In this document: in pieces, positions 12,871 through 25,559 of the stretch
How the letters are laid out: each line of letters starts with the position of its first letter
How positions within the stretch are numbered: position 1 is the stretch's first letter
From: Gracilinanus agilis
Taxonomy: Eukaryota
Assembly (NCBI RefSeq): GCF_016433145.1
Contig: NC_058135.1
Location: 234,004,967 to 234,068,966 of the forward strand
Length of the DNA stretch: 64,000 bases
Reading direction: 5' to 3'
Position numbers and translations under genes: made by a program
The notes under the pieces: model-generated
Seen by the model: the letters and a program-made list of their open reading frames with translations, nothing else
What the model was told of the DNA's origin: nothing
The model's database searches: none

Positions 12871-14799
12871 CTATTCATTCTTACAACATGAAAGAAATAT
12901 AGATTTGGTTGGAGATGCACAAAACCAGGAGCTAGGTAGAACAGTGGGTCTAGAGACAAGGAAGACCTGAGTTCAAATTTGGCCTCACACACTAGTTATG
13001 TGATCTTGCACAAGTAATTTTACCTCTGTTTGCCTCAGTTATTCAACTGTACAATGGGGATAAAAATAGCACCTACCTCCTAGAATTGTTGTAAAAATAA
13101 GGTAATATTTGTAAAAAATATTTATTAAAAAAGTGCTAAGCACTGAATAAAAATGATGTAAACATTAGTTATAATAACAGTTGTTATTATCATGATTCTG
13201 TATTCTAGAGCAGTCATTTATACCTTTTCAAAGAGACCTTTTTAAACATCCAAAATTTCAGACACGCCAGGGTCTAATGCTAATAGCTACTAATACTACT
13301 GTCAATTGATTGAGAATTTGTGATAAAAAGCTACAGGGAATCCCATAATATTTTGTAATGAAATTTTATTTTATTCATCCCAATTGCATTTGCATTTATT
13401 TGAGAAAATAGTACTACCCACTTGTGCAAGGCAAATGTTTCAGTCTGCAGAAGGGTTAGTAACTTCTTTCCAAACTTCCAGATGAATATGTGGACCCTTT
13501 GCAATAATTCCAGGCTTCCTAAGGCTCTGCAGTCTTGAGACTGGGTAGCAGCAGCCCAGAGGGAATGCCAGTGACATCTTTCTCCTCTTTTCTCTGTAGG
13601 ATCATTCCTGCCTGTACCCTCCTCTTTAGCCTCTGAGCTCTCCATGCCGCCTTCTCCTCACTGTACTGGCAGGGATTCTCTAGGAATGTTGATTCTAGGG
13701 CTTGAGAGTATGTCTCTTCAGGATTTAGTCACTCTGATCCCAGAAGTTATTTTTTCTACTCAGCTGTCCTTTAAAACTATCTAGGCTCATCCCCTCTTGT
13801 TCATTTGTTCCCATGGGCGATAAAGAACTCTTGCACTGTATTATCGTCATAATAATAGCTTATGTGTCCTTTCAATTATCCTTTACCAGCAGATAGCAAT
13901 CATTGTCAATGGTATCACTGTCAAATATGTAGGGAGTAAGTACTCCATATAGAAAGGGGGAGGGAAAATGAGGTAAAATTCATAGAGGGTCAAACTTTGA
14001 GTTGGAAAAACCTGAATTCAAATTCTGCCTTTGTTTTACTAGCTGTATGACTGTGGGCTAGTCATTTAACTTTTCAATGGTAGACAACTTTCTAACATTG
14101 TGGATTACTGTTTTGCATTGATAAAAGGAGTTTCCATGCTAGGAATAACACGGTTCTGGACTAAAATAAAGACAAAGGGAGAAATGTCCTTGTTGAGAAC
14201 TTAGTTAAAAAAAAAGAGCTTTATTTTTCAAGCTAGTAATTCAGTTCCAGTTTAATAAGCCTTTATTATCTATTGTGAGCAGAGAATAGAGCCTTTTCTT
14301 TCCTTATCTATAAAATGAGAATGATAATAATTGTACTATCTATCAAATTTCAGGTTGTGAGTGAAATACTTTACAAACATTCAAAATCTATAAAATGTGA
14401 GTAAGGATCAAGGAGCTGAAGTTTTTATTCCTCACATTCTTGGTGTGGAAATCCACAATTCCACAATGAAGAATGGCAAATTGTCTGTGATTTAATAGGT
14501 TTAGGGAGTTGCCTGGGATCCCTGAGAGGTGAAATTACTTGTCATAGACCTACTTTGTCTCAGAAGCAGGACTTGGCTCTAGGCCTTCTTGGCTTCCAGG
14601 CTATTCCAATATGACTTTATTATGCATGTTGCCTCTCATAATTATTAATAGTAATAGTATCTTAGCATTTCCTGACATGTAGAACTCTCCATCATCTGAT
14701 GCCATAATTGTTATATACCGAGTAACCAGTGAGATCCAAATCAGTGTACAGGTTAGGTGATAGATATAAATATGGCTAAGCAAAACTATAAGAAAGGAC

Positions 14800-15600
14800 C
14801 ATAATAATAAAGAAACAGGATTTGTCCTAGTTGTATCAGAGTCGGGATATTTGCTGGGAATCCCATTTTAGATAAGACTTTGAAAAGTTGGGGCACATTT
14901 AGAAGAGTGGTACTAGGATGGGGATGTGAAACCATGCCATACAAGAAAATTCCATCAGTCAGTGAATGAGCATTTCTTAATTGTCACCTCTGTGCCCATT
15001 AGTGAATCTGAGTTTAAAGTACTAGGTCTGCCAAATGCTAACTGTGTGACCTTGGGGAAATGACTAACCTTTAGTAAATGGGTCAGTTTCCTCATCTGTA
15101 GAATGAGGAACTTGGACTAAATCATCTCTGAAGACCTCTCCAGTTCTAAAGCGATGATTCTGTGATTCATTTAAAGAACCGGGGGGGGGTTATCTTGGAA
15201 ATTATTTGATCTGTGGAATATGTCCTGGCCACGTTCAAGTATTGAAGACCTAAAGGAATTGGCTTTCTTCTTTGTGGTCCTTGAAGGCAGACAGAGGAGC
15301 GCTGGGTAGAAGTTAGAGAAAGACACATTTGAAGTTGCTATTAAGCAATAACAACTATAGCTATCTAAAAGAATATTTTTTCAGATATGAATTGGACTGG
15401 TTGTACATTTAGAGCTCTTTACGTTTAAATTTTGTGATTCCACAGTCGAATGGGACAGTATTCCTTGGTAGGTAGTGAATTCCCCATCACCGAAAGTGTT
15501 CAGAGTAGGATGAGATGGTCAGCTCTCAGGGTTGTTGCAGAGGAGGAACATTGAGTTGGATCGTCTCTGAGGATCTTTCTAATATCAGAATTCAATGATT
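14800..15600 (+). mobile_element. CR1/L3 LINE 3' end interrupted by an L2 tail and a MIR (about 14950-15170)
   Basis: CR1-like AAGACTTTGAAAAGTTGGGGCACATTTAGAAGAG and GTAGTGAATTCCCCATCACCGAAAGTGTTCAG. Confidence 0.65.
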
Positions 15601-16531
15601 TTTGGTATTATATATTTAGTTTTCTGTTTGTAGCTTCCATATTATTTGTTTTAGTATGTCATGAGGGCTTGTGAATCTCTCTATCATTTCCTACTTATTT
15701 GTGCATAAGGATGACAGAGGTGACAATCACAGTAGCCCTGAAGCACAGTCATCAGTGAGAGGCAAAAGTAGTAATGGGGTCAGGCATCATTTGGATTCCT
15801 CTCTGCCTGTTGGTAGTATGGATGGAGACTTTGGGGGTATGTGTTATGCTTTAGGGGAAGAAAATTGCTGGTTGGGCTTCTCCTGCTTTCCCAGGAGCTG
15901 GGCACCAGAAGAGAAGATGCCATTCCTCAGGAGCCACTCCCAAAGGCAGAGATGACTCGACCACTCTTCTTCAGACCACCAGTGTTCTCCCCAGTGCCTG
16001 GAGGGTGGGGCCCAGCCCTGCATGGTTTCTGTTGGGGAGAACCTCAGTGAGCCTCCTCCCTGTTCCTCTGCACACATGGCCCTCTGTGCCTGGGCTGGCA
16101 TCTTCATGGTGGGAAGGCGCCTCCCTGGGCAGCTTGCCAGGAAAACAGGAACGCTAGCTGTACCCGTAGCACAAACTGTTTCTGCTCATGTTTGTCAAAC
16201 ACACAGATGATAAGAGAGGTGAAAAAATAATTATGTGATACAGACCAAATAAGGAAAATAGTGTTTCTTTCCTCGGACATTTGTGATTAATTACATCAAT
16301 ATTTACATTGAGGCTTCAAGGTGGGATGTGCTCTTAGGTGTGCTCAGCAAAGTAGCGTACAGAATGGAGGTTTTCTTCTGAAAGGAGGAAAGAGATGGAA
16401 AGCTTTGCTTTGGAATGTAATAATTTTCACTTTTATAGGCAAAATGGTAAGATAGATGGAAGGTTAGCCTTGGAAACAGGAATACTGAGATTTAAAACCT
16501 ATCTGTCAGGTAGGATTGCTGTGTGACATCA

Positions 16532-16786
16532 TTCTTTTGTTGTCATCCGGTCATGTTTGGCTCTTTGTGACCCCATTTGGGGATTTCTTGGCAAAGATAC
16601 TGGAGGAGTTTGCCATTTCTTTCTCTAGCTCATCTTACAGATGAAGAAACTGAGGCAAACAGGGTTAAGTGGTTCGCCCAGGGTCATACAGTTAATAAGT
16701 TTCTGAGGTCAGATTTGAAATCAGAAAAATGAATCTTCTTGATTCCAAGCCTGGTGGTAGTCTATCCACTGTGCCACCTAGCTGCC
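16532..16786 (-). mobile_element. MAR1 SINE, full length, nested in a + strand CORE-SINE (about 16455-16930)
   Basis: RTE tail plus CORE plus head; TSD CTGTGTGACATCA (16519-16531) / CTGTGTGATATTA (16787-16799). Confidence 0.85.
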
Positions 16787-17239
16787 CTGTGTGATATTAG
16801 GCAAGTTAATTAAACTGTCTGTGCCCTGAGCAGTTTTCCAAGATTAAAAGTCACAAAGCGGTTGAAGATTGGCATTGGTGGAGGGAATATCAGGAGTCCC
16901 TTCTAAGAATCAAATCACAGATCTGGGCCAAAATAAAAATCAGTCTAAATGACTTTTCTTGTTCTTTTCTAAGCTTAAAACTTAAATGGATCTGAAGGGT
17001 TCTCTCCTCTTTTATCTACTTTCAATGATCCTGATTCCCAATCTTAGGAATTGTAAACCTTTTATAGATGGTAAGGTACTTTGGATCTTTCCAAAAGTTC
17101 TGGTGCTGTAGGAAAAAACACTAGATTTGGAGTCCAAATACATGAATCCCTGTACCTGCCTCATAACATATACAAATACCTTGAAATAAAAAAATACAAT
17201 TAAAATTATTATTATTTTACATAGAATTAGGAACATGGA

Positions 17240-17780
17240 CACAGGTTTGACCGTGTCACTTTACTCTTCAAAAATCCGCAGTGGTTCCCCATTTTGTCTC
17301 TTATCAAATATGAATTCCCCAGCTTGGAACTTAAAGCCTGGCTCCAACCTACATTGGAAAACATTTCTCCTTATTCCTTCTCAAGCACTCTGTGTTGTTG
17401 CCAGACTGACCTAGGAGCTGTTCCCAAACCTGACCTTCTATTTCCCACCTCAGCATCTTTGCCTAGGCTGTCTTCCATGCCTGGAATGAACTCTCTTCTC
17501 TCCTCCATTCTTATGTTGTAACCCCAGGACTTGTGTGGGTAACCTAATACTCAGAGTCCTTAACTTGCTCTTTCCTCTTGTTGCCTTGTATTTGCTATGT
17601 TGAATTCCCTCCTTACTCCCATCACACCCTGAAGCAGAAAAAAAGAAAAGAAATGGAAGCTCCTTGGAACCATGGATGGTTTTCTTTGGTATTTCTATCC
17701 CTAGGACTTAGGAGAGGGCGTTTTCCTTAGTCCCAGCTTACTTAGTAAATATTTGGTGAATTGCATGAACAAGCAATGGA
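17240..17780 (+). mobile_element. L2 3' fragment
   Basis: CAGTGGTTCCCCATT...CTAGGCTGTCTTCCATGCCTGGAATG...AGTAAATATTTGGTGAATTG. Confidence 0.65.
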
Positions 17781-20179
17781 CTAAAAGGCTTGAAACCTTT
17801 TTTTGTGGCTGTGACCTCTGGCAGGTTCCTCCTGTGTTCTTGGTCTCAGTTTCTCCATCCTTAAATTGAAGGGGTGGGTTTAGATGACCTCTGTCGTCCC
17901 TTCCAGCTCTGACATGCTGAACTGTACTACATGCTTTTAAATGCTGAGTTTTAAAAAATGACACAGGTTCAGTAGCAATGCTTACAGCTTCCAATCACAG
18001 TTTTCTTTTACTTCAATATTTTCTTTTCTTTTCTTTTCTTTTTTTAGTTCTTGTAGGACAAGGCAGCCAGCTATTGCTGCTTATCACCACCAAAAGAGAG
18101 CCTGGTTTAGTTTTCAGGCTCAGCTGCAAACATAAATCTTGGGAGCAGTGCAGAAAAGCAGGCATCATGTGGCTGCTTGGCTCCTGTGGCCGGTCATGGT
18201 CTTTTTCAATCTCTGATAGGTCTTTGAAGATCAAATGGTGAAGGTCATTCTTTAAGTAACTTAAGCAGTTCTGTTATCACCAAAGGGTCAGGACTGGTCC
18301 CGAAGCAAGCCTAGGGCTTGGGTGCATCCTGCCCAGGGCACAGCTGACCTGCCCGTTAAGCTTGGGCTTTGCTGCTCTTTGGGAGACTCACCTTCATTCA
18401 CTATAAGAACATAAACCTTATTTCTGGATGTTATGAGTTTGTGTCACATGCTTCCTTTCTTCTGGAGAACAATGTCTGCCCCTCTCATTGTTTTGCTTTC
18501 ATTTAGAAAAGTTCATTGGCTTTCTCTGTCTACCGGCTGGTCCTTTGTAATTTTCAAATGTTTAGATGTGTGTTTCTTGACTTGCCATTTTTAAATCTAA
18601 TGAAGCTGTTGCTTCATCAAACCTTGGTGGGGGTAACTAGAAAAGTAGACAGCGTGGATGAATAAATGAATGTACAAATGAATGAATGAATGAATGTAAA
18701 AATGATTAAATGATTACTATGTGCAAAGCACTGTGCTAGACATACAAATAGGTAAGTAAGACCTACTCTATATGCAGGATGCTAGCATTCTAAAGGGGGA
18801 GATACATAGAATATTTCAGCTGCTAGTTAGATGCAAAGAGCCAATGGTTCTTGGGTGCTACAGCAAAGCAAATGGCAATATGTCTTCTTTCGTGTTCTTT
18901 CCTATTGATAAAACTGTGCCCATACTACTGTCCAACATGAAAAAAACAACAATATTGAGCTAGTTTTTGGGATCCCTGAAGTGGCATGATATAGGGGTGG
19001 TAATGGAGCAGCAATCTGTTAATATAGAATTGAAAAATAAATGTAGATTATTATAATCTATATTATACTATAGATGATTAAAAAGAAAAATAAAATGACC
19101 CAGAACAGTATTTCAAAGAACCGTTGCTACTATATTAACCAAATCAGTGAAGACAGACTTAGGCTTAAAAGATCCCATCTTGTTTTGATTTTGGTTTCTC
19201 AGCCACCTATGTTTATAAAATGCCCAAGATGCATATAAAAGGTGACAGAGTGAGAGTACTGCTTGTTACTATTTACAATGTGTTTGAGACTTCAAGACTC
19301 TCCTCCAGTAGTATGATGCAGGCTTTCTAATTTTCAGTGTTTTTGATGTAAAGAAAAAAAAAAAGAACAAATCTTAAAGGGGCAAGGAAGCAGGGAATTT
19401 AGCATCTAGACCTTTCTCCATTAAAGAAAGGTGATTTTCTTCTGATTTCTCACCAGGGCATGGCAGGAAAGGCAATGCCACAAGAATGTAAGTGCCGGCA
19501 GGTCAGGCCGTGGCTACTAGAAAGGCTTTGCAGACAGCTGGACAACAGACTATATGTCGTTCTGCTCTTCCTGTCCAACCTAATACATAAAGGAAACAGC
19601 TAGCGCCAGAAAATTGGTTATCGGATCATATTTTTTCAGGGTGGGAGGGCATAGCAATCCATGAAGATAATCTCCTAACATTTAAAGGGTTCAAATTGTG
19701 TCAGTTTCAGAGATGAAATTACAGATCTTTTAAACTCATACTCTCAGACTCGGATCATAGATTTAGAATTAGATTTAGATTTACAACTGAAAGTTACCTG
19801 GCCTGATTCCTTGGTTTTACACATGAGGAAACTGAGGCTAGAAAAGGTTGAATGGATTGGTAACGGCAATACCTATAGTAAATGTCAGAGGTAGGACTTG
19901 ACCCTAGGACTTAGTGACTCTTCCTCTAAATCACAAAGAAAATATGAAGAAGTCAAGATCCTCAACACAGGGAAATTGGAGTAAAACTTGGCAGCAAGCC
20001 CCTTGAAGCCATTTCTCACCTCCCTGCATTTTGTCTCGCCATCAGGCTAAGAGCTCCTTGAGGGCAGTGATTGCCTTTGCCTTCCTTTGTATCCCCAGAG
20101 CCTAGCAGAGTTGCCAGCTAGCTCAGAGTCAATGTTTAATAAATGCTTGTGGATCAGACTTCACTCAACTCCATGCATA

Positions 20180-21400
20180 TTCTGTTGATTCCACTGTAAT
20201 CAATAGCAGGAGATTATTTCCCAGTCTACCGCCTGCCTGCCTCACTTTCTTCTGCAAACAATGAAGGCACACAGCAGCTAGTTTTAGAAATAAATATATG
20301 TGCTTTCTCTCGCAGCCGCACCCATAGGTTTTTAATTATCCCTGCTTTGTATGGCTGCAGACATTGCTGAGTTCCCCTTTGTGATCTCCCTTATAAACAT
20401 CTTTTCCTCCTTTTGAAGTCTGTGTGATATACATGCAGGCAATTAAAACCTCCCCCCACTCGGGGCTGGAGACACGAGGTCTTCTTAATTAAAACTCAAA
20501 CAAAAGCTACGAGCAAAGCCCGGCTATATGATTAAGGTCTAAAGTGTTATGATACATTAGAATCATTGTTAACTGTGAGGATTAAAAAAATCAATCTGCA
20601 GGGGGAAAGATCAGTTGGATCTAATTAGTGAAATCAATGTAAACATAAAAGAAAATACTGAAGTTTAATAACTGGCCCTTATTATAAATATTACACAGGC
20701 TAAGAGCATCCCTGGCTGCTATCAGTGGTCACATTAAATAATATCCTAAATTAATTGGGTAAGAATCTGAAACATTCATGTCTTTTAGATTGATGATGTT
20801 AACAGGTAAGTAAGTCACTTAAAACAAAAACCTCCCTTAAAAAACCTCTCTTGTGTGTAAGTATTTTAGCTGTCAAGAGTTATCTTCTATTTTCTCTTTC
20901 GGCAGCCTTACTGGACTGATATCTTTCTGTTGACACCATTAAAAAAGCCTCATTTGAGTAACAAGTGACAAGCTTTCACAAAGAAGGAAGTAGAATAATA
21001 AGAAACAAAAAGAGAGGGGGAAAAAAAGGAGTCACACACAATTATGATTACAGTCAATATGTATTAGTATGTTGGGTGACATACCAACCTAAAAATGAAA
21101 GAATACCTTTTGATAGGCTGGAAAACAAGGCATTTTACATTTTTCTCCTGATTGCTCTGATTAAAATAAGCATTATAACTGGTATGGAGAAGAAAAGCTA
21201 TTACTAATTACAGCCTGGTTTTTAAGTAAAATGAGGGTCATTAGCAATTTCCTGGAAGCCATTCAGATTGTCTACCAGGAAATGGTAGCTAGCAGGGCAT
21301 CTGTAATACTCCTGGGCAGAATTAGGGAAACTGTATACTGGAGCTGGTGTGTTTGACTAAGGCTGGCGGGACGGACGGACGTGCACTATTGGGGTGTTGT
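20180..21400. promoter_or_regulatory. Candidate conserved intronic enhancer (repeat-free, homeodomain-motif rich)
   Basis: No recognisable repeat; clustered TAAT/ATTA cores (TTAATTAA, CTAATTAG, TAAATTAATTG), TGATTAA and TGTAAACA. Motif inference only. Confidence 0.4.
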
Positions 21401-22869
21401 GGGGGAGATTTGCTCTTCATCGAATCCCAGACATTTTCATGGCAATGATGGGGGGGTTAAAAAAGAGACAGGCATGGGCAAAGGTATTACATATTGATGG
21501 CTAACTCTCTCTTGGTCTCTCTGTCTCTCTGTTTCTCTGGTTATCACCAGAGCTAGAGCTATCTCTGTGTACACACATACATACTCCAAACGGGGTGACC
21601 ACTTGCACCCGGCTGACAGAGTAGCATTAGAATCTGAATTTTATCCTCAGGGCTGGCATGATCAGGATGCCCCAAGAATGCCAAAGAGAAGAGTGACTGG
21701 CTTTGTGTGTCTGATTCCTGTGACCACACTGTGGAGAGGTGGGCTGAGGAGTCTTCTGTGTCTTTTGAAGTCCGATATCTCAACTCCCAGGGAGGATGTG
21801 GGGCACTGACTGCAGCATCAGGGAGACTTTCTTTTTAAAAGGGGGAAAAAGTATAAATTTAGTAGCATTCACAACAAATGCAAATAATAAAGAATCTGTG
21901 CTGTTACTTGTGAAATCAAATCACTGAAAGTGCAAGGCATTGGAAAAGGACACTGGATTGTTATCATAACCTCATGGGCTGGAGTCCAGACCCTGCGGAC
22001 CGGACCACACACGGGCTGGGTATGGGCTCAGTTCCTTCATCTCTAAGATGAGGTGATGAAACTAGATGTTTGCTGATGCTCTCTTAGCTTGATAAAGTTG
22101 GTGTAGTAGGTAGGGCAGGCGCTGGACTTGAACTAGGAAGGCTTCTCTTAAATCCTGCCTGGGACCTTTATTAGCTTGTGTGACTGACTTAGCTTCTCTG
22201 GGCCAGAATTTCCTTATCTATAAAAGGAAAGGATTGGATTCAGTGGCCCCCTCAATTCCCTTCCAGCTCTTAATTTCTGATCCTATATAGATCCATTTAT
22301 ACTTTAATGAAAAAATAATAATGTAAACTAAAAATAAGCAAAAAATAAATATAAATAAAATAATATTCATTTTAACAATGCAATATCGACAACAATATAT
22401 TGCTCTGAGTTTCTTTCTAAGCTTATTTCTGTCTGCACTTGTAAAGTTTTGAGCTCACTGCATTTGGCAATACGAGAATAGAGCTCAGGTGAGAGAATAG
22501 GTAAAGATAGAAATGTATGTTTATAAAACAATGTACAACATACATGTGTATATATGTATAGAAATACATATCACACATCTATAAATAATTTATACTTTAT
22601 TATAGAAATCACATGTGATCATATATGAAGATTATATAAACAGCATATTTATCATATAAATCATTATATAATCATATTATATCATACAAACCCTATTATA
22701 CAATACATGTATTTATACATTCATGTAAACATACATACATGTATGTATTCTTTAGGAGTCATTTGTGTAGTATGCAAATAGTTGATCTATGGCTATTATT
22801 TTTTGTCTAAATGGCTCTTTTAGGGGGGTAAGCATCACATGAATTGGATTTGTGTCAGTTAACTGCTTT

Positions 22870-23565
22870 CTTTTCATATTGCTTTTCATGGTCCAGATAT
22901 CACTGTCCTTCTTCCTTTTATCTATTTTGTCTGGCAGTCACATCTCTACAACTTTTCTCTATACCACTTTTGTAGTAGCCTGGCAGTGGGGCTGCCTGCT
23001 CCAAGTCTCTCTCCATCCTCCCTTCAGCCACTGAAGGTGATTTTCCTAAAGCACGGGTTTGCACATGTCACACTGCACCCCCTTCCCTCAGTCCCCACTC
23101 AGTTATCTCCAGTGGTTCCCTATTGCCCCTAGAAACCCAATCCCAAATCCTTCATATGGCATTCTAATCTTGCCCCTCCTTCCTTTCCATTCTCTTCAAT
23201 ACCTGACTTCAAACCCATGACACTGGGCTCCTTGTTGTTCCACAAACAAGATACTCTATCTCTTGACTTCAGGTATTTTCTTTGGCTGTTTCTTATCCCC
23301 AGAAATTTCTCCCTCCTCCACTCTGCCTTCTGACCTCTCTAGCTTCCTTTGAGTTCCATCAGAAATCCCATTTTTTCTACAGGAAACCTTCTTCAACCTC
23401 TCTTAATTCTACCTAGCTTTCCCTCTAGAACTTCCCATTTATCTTATCTTGCTCTGTATATATTTGTTTGCATGTTTTCTTCCTCATTAGATTGTAAGCT
23501 CCCGGAAGGCTGAGCTTATCTTTGCTTCTTTTTGTATCCCCAGGGCATATAGGTGCTTAATGTTT
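22870..23565 (+). mobile_element. L2 3' fragment
   Basis: CTCCAGTGGTTCCCTATTGCC...TTAGATTGTAAGCTCC...TTTGTATCCCCAG...ATAGGTGCTTAAT. Confidence 0.75.
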
Positions 23566-24359
23566 TATTTTGGGTTTATTTCATGCCCTGCCTTCTGAAT
23601 TTCTTTTCCATGTTCTCTAAACTGGAGTTTGCTACCTGAACCTACACTGTGGTTGTGCTAATATTTGATCTGTAGACTATTTTATGATGGGGCTCTCTAT
23701 ACCTCTGAGTTGTGATCATTTCTTTGTGACATATTTGGTGAGAATTCCCAGAAGAACATTGAAGAAAGAAGGGTTGTCAGTATTGGAATGTGTTATCAAG
23801 GAAGAATTCCATATGATGCTTTTTTTTTTTTTTCTTCACAAAGAGCATTCAGGCAATAATAGATAATACCTGCTTAGGTCAGTAAAGGTGATATCCTGCT
23901 TGGATTCCTGGATATGGGTCTAATTGGCATTTGTAGAGCCCTTGTTTATCTTACTTTGCAAATAATTTCACATTATTCTAGGCATGGAACCACATCTTAT
24001 TTAAACTTGATTATTTTTGCCAGAACTACATACACAAGTGGGAATTTTTTTCTTAAATTGCTGAATTGGGATTGAGTTTTTTTGACTAAACTTCTAAGAT
24101 TCAGAATCATTCTCTAAAGACTATCCAATTTGGTGTTAGTGTATCTGTGTTTACTATCTGGCTTGGGGAACTTGACCATTGAACCTGACCTTGACCAGAT
24201 CTGACAAGGATCTGAAATGGGGTCTAGTCAATGGTCTGTCTGAAATGGGGATTAGTCAGTGGCTTTCTGCCATGACACTCTGGCCAAAATCCTTCTCTAA
24301 ACTAGAGATCTCATTTATTTCTTAACCCCACAGTCAGTATGAGTTTTGCTATCTAGTGT

Positions 24360-24960
24360 AAACACTAACAGTGCTACTTTCATAAGCTTGCTGACAAGTT
24401 AATGTAATCTTAGACTATATTTAGTACACGCATAGTGTCCAGAGTGACAGAAGTGATTGTCCCTTTGTCCTTTGCCCTAGTCTGGCCATATGTGGAGTAT
24501 TGTGGGCATCCAGTTTGGGGTTCTATATCTTAGAAAAGACATTGAAAAATGGAAGTGTGTCCAGAGATGAACAACCAGGATGTTCAAAGGACTAGAACTC
24601 ATTTTTTTTTTCAATGAACAATTGATTTATATTTAGCTTGGAGGAGAGAAAACTTTGGGGCATGATCATAACCTTTAACTATTAAAAAAGTTGTTTGGAG
24701 GATGAGAAATTAAACAAATTCTATCTGTTTTTAGAAGACAAAGCTAGACATAATGAGTAGAAATAACAGAGGCCGATTTTCAGATTAGTATTAGGAAAAT
24801 TATTAAAATGATTAGAGCTATCTCAAGATTGCCCGGATCATTGCAGAAGCCTGTGGACAGTTTGTAACTACTTGTCAAAGAAGTAGAGAATATCTTGGCT
24901 TCGGTATGGATTGGGTGAGATGACTTTCCCATGATCCCTTTCAGTTTTGAGAGTCTGTGA
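24360..24960 (+). mobile_element. CR1/L3 LINE, RT C-terminus and 3' end
   Basis: CCCTAGTCTGGCCATATGTGGAGTATTGTG...CAGTTTGGGG...AAAAGACATTGAAAAATGGAAGTGTGTCCAGAG matches the CR1 motif (RPHLEYC-QFW--KKDIDKLE-VQ). Confidence 0.75.
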
Positions 24961-25559
24961 TTCTCAGACCTCAGAGATTAATTTGTGAATTTTATGATTC
25001 TAAGATTTTACCATTTTTCTCTTTCCTTTTGCTATGGTGCCTCCGGACTGATCCTGATCTAATGGATTGCTATCCCTTCCACAGTTCTGTTTTCTCAGGC
25101 CTGAATCAAGAGTCCTTTGGGGTTAAGAATGGGGATGCTTTATTTCTAGTATTGGATTATATCCAAAGAAGTCGACAGTCCCCCTGGATCTTCCTTCTTG
25201 TTGAGGGCCTTGTGAGATGCACCAATGTTTTTTTCTGGCCCACAATGGGCATGGTCTCCCCTTTGTGCACAAAGACTTTAGTGGGCCAGGTAAAGAGGTG
25301 AGTTTATGGCCTGCTCCTCTCTGTACTGTTTAGGGTACAAATACCTTTGTTTTTCCCTGGAGTTACTGATATTTCCTGACAGCCGGTGTGTGTTCTGATC
25401 ATTTCCTGAGTCTGGAGAGGGCTGGCTCCTCTATTCACATGACATTTTGATATCAGATCTAGTACCTAAGTGATGAGAAATGGGGGAAAAAAATCTAGTA
25501 CCTATCTAGAGTAGTAGACCTCCCACATATTTAGTATTTAGGTCATTTGTCTCTGAATT

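Noticed and set aside
22290-22760. MEF2-like CTAAAAATAA and TA-rich periodicity
   Set aside because: Low-complexity AT-rich tract where such matches are expected by chance.
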